Source: Tubiluchus corallicola
Taxonomy: Eukaryota; Animalia; Priapulida
Direction: 5' to 3'
Assembly: GCA_030141605.1 (NCBI GenBank)
Contig: JAQGDQ010001070.1
Span: forward strand, 1-64,000
Length of the DNA stretch: 64,000 bases
The notes under the pieces were generated by a model that was not told the DNA's origin, did not search any database, and saw nothing but the letters and a program-made list of their open reading frames with translations. This document shows, piece by piece, positions 53,134-64,000 of the stretch; position 1 is the stretch's first letter, and the number at the start of each line of letters is the position of its first letter. The position numbers and the translations under genes were made by a program.

Positions 53134-56100
53134 GGTCGTCGTCGAAACAGCGATACTTAGCAGCAACCATAAAACTCCCCATCTTAGAAGATATTTTACT
53201 TTTCTCTTTTCCACGAAGAGTGGGATGAGGGAAATCGTTCAAATTGCAAATCAGCTAGTTACTTCATCATCATCACTATCATCGTCATCATCATCATCAT
53301 CATCGTCGTCGTCGTCAACATCATCATCATCATCATCATTACCAAAATAATTTAACAGCTTGTTGTCTTGTTGTTTGTGATTCGTTACCTGATAAACAAC
53401 AATCGGATTATATCATCGTCACAGTAGTCAACACCACCGTCACCATCACCGCTATCGCCACTGCCAAGAACACCACTACTGCTAATACTCCCACCACTGT
53501 CATCACCACCACTACGGTAGTACAAGCATCACACAACTACCACCACAAGCAGCAACATCGTTGTCACCATCGTCATCATCATCGTTTTTACTAATACAAA
53601 CTGTTATACTTCTGTGATAAAAATGTCACCTGTTTAAATGTCAGAAGGTCAAAGTGTAAAAATGAAAAAAATGTTTAGAGACCACTCAAATGTTACGAAC
53701 AACAATTATGTTATTGTTTGCTTTTAAACAACGAATACCAAACAACAGGGGCGGGACTAGGGGGAAGCGAGGGGGGCGCCCCCCCCCCAGTCAAAATTTG
53801 CGCGCGCCCCTGCAAAATCGGACAAATAATTTTTTTGCAGTGAAAATTGCAGTTCGCATGTAATCATTTTCAATATGAATTAGAATAAGGTAAAAAAATG
53901 TTTGGTAGCTTCAGTGTGCGTGCAGACAAAACTCAGTGTGCATAGAGGTGCCTATCACAGTGTAGGCCTACAGGGACCACATAGAGGTGCCTATCACAGT
54001 GTAGGCCTACGGGGACCACATAGAGGTGTCTATCACAGTGTAGGCCTACAGGGACCACACACAGTCACAGGCTCTACACACAGGCCTACACAGCTATAGG
54101 ATGCTGGTGTAGCAGCGGTACCATGCTGAAATTTGAGACTTTTTGAAAACTTTAGACTTGTTTGTCCAAGGAAGTATCGTTCCACATTTCATTATGACAT
54201 TATTTCCTGCGTATTATTTTCTTAAAACTTGTGTGTGATGAATTTCTGTAAATAACAATTTAGTTAGAGGCACATTAATAACGTTAGGTTAACTGAGAGT
54301 TAATTTTCTCATTATTGCTCTGTCCGCTACGCCGTCCTACACACATGCTAATTATAGGCCTGCATGCAGTATATAAGGGGTTAAAATTGGCTTAACCATT
54401 ATTTAACCACTTCGGATACCTCGCCCTCCCAGAAAATTTTTGCGCCCCCCCCCCTGCTTGCCACATCTAGTTCCGCCCTTGCCAAACAACGATCAAAAAC
54501 TATAAAGTCCTGCTTTTACATCAATCGCTTACAATATGTCTTACTTTTAGCTAAATCTGTTAAAAGTTATTCTATTGAGTAAAGACGTTCTTTATTAAGC
54601 ACTTTATTGTTATAACATTTCATTCAAGACGTGAAACGATATGACTCAGCCAAGAAGAGGTACCCAGGACACAAACAATTTCTCCAAGATGTTATTCTCA
54701 CACAATATCAGAATAGTGTCCAGTCTGGAATCTCAAGCATTCAAGGTAAGTCATACCGTATGAGCTAGAGAGAATTGTTTGCCAATTCTAGAGAACTAAA
54801 GTATTTCATCCACCGAATTTAAGCGCTTTCAATTTAATAGCTTTCTCAGGCTTGGTATAGAGACTATTAATGTTGAAGTTGACAATGATTCAGTGCTGCA
54901 CCATGGTTAGTGGGTTGTGATTCAGTGCTGCACCATGGTTAGTGGGTTGTGATTCAGTGCTGCACCATTGTTAGTGGGTTGTGATTCAGTGCTGCACCAT
55001 GGTTAGTGGATTGTGATTCAGTGCTGCACCATGGTTAGTGGGTTGTGATTCAGTGCTGCACCATGGTTAGTGGGTTGTGATTCAGTGCTGCACCATGGTT
55101 AGTGGGTTGTGATTCAGTGCTGCACCATTGTTAGTGGGTTGTGATTCAGTGCTGCACCATGGTTAGTGGATTGTGATTCAGTGCTGCACCATGGTTAGTG
55201 GGTTGTGATTCAGTGCTGCACCATGGTTAGTGGGTTGTGATTCAGTGCTGCACCATGGTTAGTGAGTTGTGATTCCGTGCTGCGCCCTGGTTAGAGGGTG
55301 ACTAAGTTGATATCGTCTGGTGCACCGGTGAAAAAAACTGCTTTTATAGGTTAAGTTTTTATTTGGCTATCAGTATTACAAGGTTGGAAATAGTTGTAGT
55401 ATAATGAAATAATTCAGGTTTTTTATTATTGTGGATAAAATCTAATGTTCTAATGCTTTATTTTCATAATAGGATTAACGCCAACCTGCTTTGACGTTGA
55501 AGTTGACACAGGTGATTCGGAGGGAATGATGGTCAATTTCCCAACAGATTCTGTCAACAACATAATGGAGTTGGAGAATGTTATAGAAACTGACTTGGAT
55601 CAAATAACAACGTGCATGGTAGGTGAAGTCATGATCTGAACAGCGTGGCATTTGTTTTAGTTTTTCAACTTCATTCGAACGTATGTCTTATGTGATTTTC
55701 GAGAAACTTTGTGGAAAATTCCTGGTAGATTTAGTGTACACTTACTTGTGTTTATTCAGCTGTTGGCTACCATGACAATGGTACTGTTACAACTGTATTA
55801 ATAGTTTAAATATAGTTTATTTTGTTCAGATTAGACGACAAAAAAGTAGCCTAAAAAGTGACCTTTGAAACTGTTTCGAACGTCCTGGAAAACACCCTGG
55901 AATGTACAATAAATACAAGACTGTACGATTGTACAGTTTAGTACTGTTTTATGTTGATGTACCTGGATTGCTATCTAGTATAAATAACGAAATACACCAG
56001 CGTGTTGCCGAACTACTTTATTTACAATGCGTTCTAACGCATTAATACATGTTTTTAATTCGATGTTTTTATCGAAGCAACAACAATAGGGTTTACTGAA

Positions 56101-59100
56101 ATAATATATAATCACTATCTAAGCATATCATTACATGTAAACAACATAGTCAAGGTCGCTTTGACAATAATATATAACGATAGTGATAGCGAATATACTT
56201 ATCTTTCACAAGTAAGAAAGAACATGATAGATCAAAGTCTGTCACAAACTAAGCAAATCTTAACACTAGCACAACTTTCAGTGATACCACAACCGGAGAG
56301 CAACATTCACTCTCCAAGTCCCAAACACCAGTCTCACCGAAAAATAGAGTTTTCTCGCTTATAACAGAAATTTTGCGCCTAAGGCACTAGTGGTGGCTCG
56401 ACGTAATGTTTTTATAAGATACCCAACATCGCCTTACAGAATAGGGCATTTATCTGGAATTTTGGAGTGCCGCAACTTGTTTGCGTTGTGTATGCATTAT
56501 TATTTATCATATACCGACAGTGCTTTATTATTAATATGAGCATACAATATCTAGTTACTTTCTCCAGGGCTAACTAAGGCGCACATTTGCTCAGCTCTGT
56601 GAAATATGTGGTTTACCATTATCACTGACTAACGGCCGTACCAATCCCCTAGCCTGTGTACTATTACTTGAGTTCATTATACAAACTCCAATTTGAGTGA
56701 ACAGAAAGAGTTAAACAAAATTTCAAACCAGTTGTGCAGTTTTTGAAAAGCTCAACACAACACTAGGGCGAAGTAGAGGAGAAAGTTACTGAGTTTCTTA
56801 CTTAACCCTTTCAGTCCCGAATTATTTTTTTAATAAGGAAAATTTTTTTCGCTTGGTACTTTGTTCAGCATGTCCATCTTGTTTACGCATAATAATTATT
56901 TTTTCAACCTGTGCCCGTGTGCTAAATATAGCCTGTATCCCACGGGATACATTGGGATTCAATGGAAGCATAAAATGTGCTTCATTTTGCAACTGTTGAT
57001 AATTTTTTAAAGTATTTAAGACATTTAGTATGCATGCTATGCTGAGCTGTACAAAGTCATCTCTAAAGTATTGTACCTTGTGCAGTTTTTTGTGCTATGT
57101 AGATTTTCTAGTTTGCCATTTTATCACCATTTTTAGTCTGTTTTTATTGGCTTAAATCAAAATAACTATTAACAGATCAAATAACTGCCAATTTTATTAA
57201 TTTTAAAGGCAGAAAACATTCTCGTATCCCACGGGATACAACGGGTATGAAAGGGTTAATTGAATTGTTAAGTAATTTGATGTTTCACGGTTTGCAATTT
57301 TCAGCTTATAGGTGCTTTTACGGACATTTTGCCTACAGATTTAAAAAATAATTGCCATTTGTAATGTGATGATGTCTTGTTATCATAAAAAGAGAAGAAT
57401 GCAATATTTTCATATCATTGTTTCTTCAGTGGGTACAGACTACGTATCCTGAAAAATTTGCACTCATCGGATATGCTGCAGACCCTGGAAACAACTTTGC
57501 TAATCAGTATGATCTGGTCTGTGATGGAGATTCTCTGGTATTTTATATTCAAAACCAAAAATCGTAAGTTTTCACCAGCGTTTCTTTAAGTAATGTAAAG
57601 CAGAAAATGTCTGTTCAGTACGAAGTGATAGATGGATGTACGTATGTATGTATGTATGTATGTATGTATGTATGTATGTATGTATGTATGTATGTATGTA
57701 TGTATGTATGTATGTATGTATGTATGTATGTATGTATGTATGTATGTATGTATGTATGTATGTATGTATGTATGTATGTATGTACGTACGTATGTATGTA
57801 TCTATGTATGTATGTACGTATGTATGCATGCATGTATGTATGTACGTATGTACGTATGTATGTATGCATGTATGTATGTACGTACGTATGTACATATGCA
57901 TGTATGTATGCATGGATGGATGGATGGATGGATGGATGGATGGATGGATGGATGGATGGATGGATGGATGGATGGATGGACGGAGGGAGGGAGGGAGAGA
58001 CGGACGGACTGACAGAGAGACAGACACACAGACAGACAGATAGATAGATAATTTATTGACATAAGGGCGATAGGGCCGATCAAAACAATAAAAAACATTT
58101 GGTACAATAGATTACACCCATGTTCGTGTAAATTTAGTCACTGCACATTGCATTACAGTGTTTTGTGGTTGCATAAAACAAATCGATTTTTCAGTTTTAG
58201 TTAAAGCATTAAAAGTAGGAACATACTGAGAAACGGTGTCCAACATAAAGTTACGTGCACGGTTATGTCTTAAGCAGTACAACAAAAATGGCATTTATCT
58301 TCAACAACATTGCAGACATTGCAAACTCGAATTTCACGTGGAGTAGGTGGTCTTACATATCTACCAGTTTTAGCCGCCAACGATGAGCACTGGTTCTAAA
58401 TTTTGTCAAAGCTTTTCTGTCCTTAATATTCCTAACAGTTTCTAAATAAGTTTCCACTTCAAAATTCTGTTTAAATAATCTATACAAAGATAATTTGTTC
58501 ATAGAGTTTTAAGACTCTTTCCATGATAAAAAATAATTTGTTTGCAGTCTCATTTCTGAAAGATATACAGTAATAAAATCACGCGGTGCTAATGTTATGT
58601 TTTAACAAAAACGCATATTAATTTGATGTGAAATACTTTTGGAGTAACACAATCCGCTTTCATTACATTTAAACGTTATTCTAGATCACTCAAGTATAGA
58701 CAAAATAAAATTGGTGAAAGTGTACACCCTTGCACAACACCTTGATTTACTAGAAAACTCTTTGCGAAACCCCGTATCCGTTTTTACACAACTAACTGTA
58801 CATTTATATATTCGGGTAATTATTCGCAATATTCTACCTTTCAAACCAAGGTGATTTTATCGTTATTACAGTATAGTCAACTTTACTGGGTTGCAATTTA
58901 AGTTATTAATGCTAATGCTGTTCGCATGTTTTTAGGGCCCCAAACAATTTGTGTGAATCTTTGAGGGATGGAGAATGGCACTTGGTGTGTGGATCTTACG
59001 ATAGTACCAATGGCGATTGGTCTGTTTCCCTTGATGATGGCGTGCCACAAAGTAAAATATCGCACCAGTTTACTTTTAAAATATGAGGCTTGTTGCCTTT

Positions 59101-62100
59101 AATGCATGCATAAAGATTTTTGGCTTAGGGGCAAATTTTTTTATTGTCAGGAACTTTCGCCCTAACGGTCATCATCCCTGAATGGACTATAATGAAAAGT
59201 ACGACTATAATAGGCTGCAGTACAAGCACAACTGTTTTCATTATACTCCATTCAGGAATGAGGACCGTTAGGGCGAAAGTTTCTGACAACAACAACAATA
59301 AAATGTTTTTGTGACTAAGAAAAAGCATTCAGTTTTTTATTCCTGCATTGTACTTATATTGTTATTTCAGTTTAAGTGATACAAAAAGCGTGATGGCGTG
59401 ATTTCATTCTGGACTTTAGCAATATTCCATTGTCATCTTAAAATATACCTGTATTCTCCAGTATTAACGTACATCCCTGTATATCCCAGCCGTGTAGGCC
59501 AATTTTCGTTATTTTCACATCCATTTTAGGACGGGTTTAGGCCTAGACGAATTTCTATCTTTCTCATTTTTTACATAATATATTTATTTTCTTACACATT
59601 GAAAGTTTCAGAGTGTAAGATATGAAATCTGCTATTTCGTTCGTTCTCAGCGGAATCTATTAGCTAAAATACAGACGAATTAATTACTGCTGGATTGTTT
59701 TGCACCACCCTCTTCAAGTCAAGCAATATGCACTATCTTTTATGTTTTCGCCTGTTGTTACTTTGCATTAATAATATTAATTGCAATTTTTGAAGACATT
59801 ATATGGGTATTAATGTACCCTCCATTCACAAATTAACCAAAAATAAGAAAGGAAATTTAAAGGGTATAGTAGTGGCATTCATCACTTGGTGACTCCCCCA
59901 TTTATTTGCGAAACCGTAAATTGCGAACTAAAGATGCTTTAGCAAACTGTAAAGTGTTGTTACTAGAATAGTGAGTAATAGACCTCATAATTAGTTATGG
60001 AATCGTTTTCATGTGCAGTAGGCCTATGCTTTTTATACACATGCTGGACTTAGTGTCTACTTAGAATAACATCCTAAAGTGCTGAGTTGTTTTTGGCTGT
60101 AGTTCTTCATCTTAAAGTTAAACCTTAAAGTTAAAGTTTAAATTTAAATTTCTTCGTAATTCGTTCATGCAGGCCTAGATATATACAATTATACAACGGC
60201 ATAATTAACTCACAATTTTACTCATCCTGATCTTAAGTTACTAACAAAACTTATTTTGTGCTAATGTACGTTATAACTGATGAAAATACTATGTAATGTT
60301 AATTGTCAATTGTTTCACTTATCTGGAGGAGGACTCGAAAGCTCAATGCTCCTTCCTCCTCCTCACAGTAACTCGCTTAGTTTATTTACTTATTTTTTCC
60401 AATGTAATATCAATTTGTATGTATGTTAGAGTTGCTGTGGAATAAATTCATAATTCGTGCTAATCACAACAATAAATGTCTGAGATATTCTATATTAAAA
60501 ACATGTAAACATTATAGACCATTTTCTCGTGTTTACAGCTGGAACTTTCACCAGTAACCCAGGACCAATAATAGGTGGAGGAGAATTCCTGATTGGACAA
60601 GACCATGATGCTCCATTTCCTCCTTCAAATATTAATCCGCAGTACAGCTTTGTGGGCATGGTGACCGGCATCATAGTAGATGACAGCATACTACCTACGG
60701 AAACTATTGGTATGTAGTTGCAAGTTTTATTATTATGCCTTGCTTTTAATATTGTTTCTTAAATATTTCTGCATGAGAAAAACTTTGGGAGCAAAAACTT
60801 GAATAAACTTAAGAACAATTTCTCATACAAGCCAAACCGGAGGCAGTGCAACATTTGAAATGGCAGTAAGAGATTAAAGGATAACAAAAGAGGTATCTGA
60901 AGTAAGTTTCAGACAAATCGCCCTAAAAATTATATTACTTTATAGAAATTTTATGGATATATCGTATTCGCGTTGAAAGAATTTTTTGTTTGTTTTCATT
61001 TCAAATCTCCTGCAATACTGTTTCGACGGCGCCATTACATGACGTCATATACCAAACGTAAATCAGGGGAAGAAAAGGAAATGTTAGATTATGACCCAAA
61101 AAACTTTCCATGCAAATCTATATTACTTACCATTGCGCTTACCTACTGGAAAGACTTATGTAACTAGACTAATATCTTAAAACGTTAGTGCAAATTAGTA
61201 AAATGTCGCTGACTCACCCTCCAGGGTGCGCCACTCACTAACCAAAAACATATCTTTAATCTTATTGACAAGATACAGTAATGTAAAATTTTACTTACTT
61301 AGCAACATGTGAGCTACGAATGCTCTGATTATTTTTTAACACTTTACTCAGTGTCATCTAAACTTGTTTCAAACGACCTACTATTAAAATGGCTGCCCCT
61401 AACGGTCATCGCGGGAGTTTAAATTTACACGTTTTATTCAGCATTACTGCTGATGCAAGCCCGGCATGCAAAAAGGCAGTATGTAAGAAGCATAAAATTT
61501 TAAGACGAATTTTTCAACCTTTATGTAATTGAAGGGTGAATGTTGCAACATTTCTACAGTTTGCTTAGAAGTTCCGTTATTCTAATGTTGCGTTTAACTG
61601 TGTTTATCTAGAAATTAGTCATTCGATCAGTTATGATCAAATTTAATGAGTTTACTTTGCTTTAATCTGCAGGATTACATGTTAAAATTTGTAAGTAATT
61701 GACATTAATTGTATAAATAATTAATTTACAGATTTTTGTTGACTTAGATACGCATGTAAACTTGCCAGCACGTAGTGGGTACCGGGCTGGTTACTTAGTT
61801 TATAAAATTCGCTCTATAAGTTAAAAAAAATCTGAAGCACATGGCGGGATAAGTGTTTATATTGCACCGAAACTGGATGACGCCATTTTTTCATCTAAAA
61901 TGAGCGCCCCCAAGCGTAAAGAATCACGACTTTAAATTGATTTTGCTAATTACACGAGAGATGCTTATCACAATTTTAATGCTGAAACTTTCTAACATTT
62001 TCTCAAATATTAAAATAAACTCAACTTCCCGAGAGACACTTCGCTTTTGCTTTAACACCGTCGGAATTACGTGGAGTAGAGATTTACAACTTCGTCCTCT

Positions 62101-62414
62101 TATGAACTGTTTCTCTTTCAGATTCAATATTCACTGCCTCGTCTTGTGTAACAACTGATGAATCTTATCTTTTCAACTGGGGAGAAGACCAGGTGAGGTA
62201 CGATAATTTGGCGGAGGAACCATCTACATGTTTAACGGAAGAAGCAACGACGGAGACGGTGTGTGCGCTCACTGAGGATCAGCTCAATACTCTGTTTGAT
62301 TTTTTCATTTCCAACGCGAGGCAAACGTCTCAGATTATCGACATTTTATTTAACGAAGTTAACCAAAATGCTAAGAAATTATCCTACCTGTATAAGCAGC
62401 GCCGTCGATGGTAA
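51669..62414 (+). CDS. Secreted pentraxin-domain protein, ~364 aa, 8 exons
   Basis: Exons 51669-51686, 52818-52917, 54629-54745, 55473-55618, 57430-57563, 58936-59051, 60539-60709, 62122-62414 splice in phase: signal peptide ([16 protein letters not shown]), [44 protein letters not shown]. The first three exons are less certain than the pentraxin exons. Confidence 0.82.
52500..52786. mobile_element. Kolobok-like MITE fragment; inverted homologue at ~60874-61180, partial copy at ~20180-20290
   Basis: Shared TTGCATGGAAA..TTTTGGG..TTTCCTTTTCTTCCCCTGATTTACG; terminus CCTTTAA. Confidence 0.55.
53030..53340. repeat. (CAT)n/(CGT)n trinucleotide tracts
   Basis: Read directly; source of the poly-S/D/M ORFs. 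Confidence 0.95.
53746..54481. mobile_element. hAT-type MITE with internal 39-bp repeats
   Basis: 8-bp TSD CCAAACAA; ends CAGGGGCGGGACTAG / CTAGTTCCGCCCTTG. Confidence 0.85.
54886..55300. repeat. 32-bp minisatellite x~13
   Basis: TGATTCAGTGCTGCACCATGGTTAGTGGGTTG units. Confidence 0.96.
56806..57255. mobile_element. piggyBac-type MITE
   Basis: TTAA|CCCTTTCA...TGAAAGGG|TTAA; internal GTATCCCACGGGATAC palindrome present twice. Confidence 0.8.
57626..58050. repeat. Compound tetranucleotide microsatellite (TATG/TGGA/GACA/TAGA)
   Basis: Read directly. Confidence 0.98.
59144..59289. repeat. Short foldback with ~55-bp arms (probable MITE)
   Basis: TTGTCAGGAACTTTCGCCCTAACGGTC...GACCGTTAGGGCGAAAGTTTCTGACAA. 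Confidence 0.85.
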
Positions 62415-62754
62415 CGAAGTTGTCGAAATTTTTGCTGTCATGTCCGCGCCAATAAACCTTTTCACAGTTATGCGCACGCGCAGTTGCTATAGGTCAAAGG
62501 TTGAGTGTATCACAGCAATGCGTCTTAACTGCAATCGCTAGGTGACGTGTGGGTATAACAAAGCCGTCTGAAGCATCAATTCAGTAACTTCACAGGAATT
62601 TTACTTAATTATTCATTAGTCCGTGCGTAGAGTGACTTACTAGCATGATTTTGCTTGGGAACAAGAAAAAATGAACTAGGTAGGGTTCTAGCTAGCTGTT
62701 AAAACTGTTATTATCACAATAGTATGGGCTGCTAGGCGTTGTCAAGTGAACACT

Positions 62755-62767
62755 TGACCTTTGACCT
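62755..62767 (-). promoter_or_regulatory. Perfect nuclear-receptor DR1 element
   Basis: TGACCTTTGACCT = AGGTCA-A-AGGTCA on the minus strand; a near-DR1 AGGTCAAAGGTTG lies at 62491. Function untested. Confidence 0.4.
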
Positions 62768-63142
62768 TTTCACGATCATCATCAATCGTTGGAACTGTGG
62801 AAAGACTTACAGGCGGACTGATAATAGCAAATTACATATAATTTTAGTGCAATCGCTTGGTGTGCGCTTAGCGAGTGCAGTAAGCAACGCTAAGCAGGGT
62901 CAGTAGATGGAGAGGTGACTGCAGGAAAAAACTGCTTTGTGGTTTGGCTAAAATTTACATCCGGGTATTTATACCTGTTTGACGAAGGACGTTCGTATAT
63001 TAACGTGATTAAGATACTTAAGTCGATTCAATTCAGCTACGTTTATTCTACAATAAGCGGGCTGTCCATTTTTACTGCTAACAGGCCTGCAGTTTCTCGA
63101 ATTACGTAAGATGGTACGTAAGATTCTAACAAATATTATTAT

Positions 63143-64000
63143 TATTATGTACCTCCCTATTTGCTGCATTATGTACCTCATATTTGCTGCATTATGTACC
63201 TCCCTATTTGCTGCATTATGTACCTCCTTATTTGCTGCATTATGTACCTCCCTATTTGCTGTATTATGTACTTCCCTATTTGCTGCATTATGTACCTCAT
63301 ATTTGCTGCATTATGTACCTCCCTATTTGCTGCATTATCCTCCTTATTTGCTGCATTATGTACCTCCCTATTTGCTGTATTATGTACTTCCCTATTTGCT
63401 GCATTATGTACCTCCCTATTTGCTGCATTATGTACCTCCCTATTTGCTGCATTATGTACCTCCTTATTTGCTGCATTATGTACCTCCCTATTTGCTGCAT
63501 TATCCTCCTTATTTGCTGCATTATGTACCTCCCTATTTGCTGCATTATGTACCCCATATTTGCTGAATTATGTGCCTCCTATTTGTACGCTATACTGCCT
63601 CTATTTACCATATAACACCTCATATTGCTACGTATGTGTATCATATTTGCTGCGTGTACCTCTGTTGCTACATTATAATACCTCCCTGTTGTACATTATG
63701 TATATATATTTGCTGAATTATATTTATCATGTTGCATTATGACTCCTTATTTGCCATTTTATACTTGCCTCATGTTGCATTTGACTATATTGCCTCATAT
63801 TTGCCATTATGTGCATATCATATTGTAATATGTACCTCATATTTTGTAGTGTGACATATATCCCCTATTGCTGCATTATGTACCTCCCTATTTGCTGCAT
63901 TATCCTCCTTATTTGCTGCATTATGTACCTCCCTATTTGCTGCATTATGTACCCCATATTTGCTGAATTATGTACCTCCCTATTTGCTGCATTATGTACC
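63143..64000. repeat. ~24-bp minisatellite running off the window end
   Basis: ATTTGCTGCATTATGTACCTCCCT units. Confidence 0.97.

Noticed and set aside
55952-56428. Possible solo LTR (TGTTG...CAACA)
   Set aside because: No target-site duplication and no second copy in the window.

Overview
AT-rich, intron-containing animal (invertebrate-type) genomic DNA, not prokaryotic; the species cannot be determined from the sequence. Manual splicing with GT-AG junctions and exon-phase checks supports seven protein-coding genes: the 3' part of an AtuA (acyclic terpene utilisation, DUF1446)-like gene (+), TOMM5 (-), TEX9 (-, intronless CDS), LAPTM4 (+, 6 exons), DDHD1 (-, intronless CDS), TMEM68/DIESL (+, 9 coding exons) and a secreted pentraxin-domain gene (+, 8 exons). 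TEX9/LAPTM4 and DDHD1/TMEM68 are head-to-head pairs. Introns hold many MITEs (Tc1/pogo, hAT, piggyBac, Kolobok-like), solo LTRs, two tRNA-SINEs, a Tc1 relic and many mini/microsatellites; most ORFs in the supplied track are repeat artefacts. Best leads: (1) copies of exon-end/splice-donor junctions recur near three different genes; (2) a ~350-bp near-perfect palindrome lies in the probable AtuA 3'UTR; (3) two intronless genes each sit divergent to an intron-rich gene; (4) one dispersed element seeds several minisatellites. All homology calls are from recalled motifs, not database searches.
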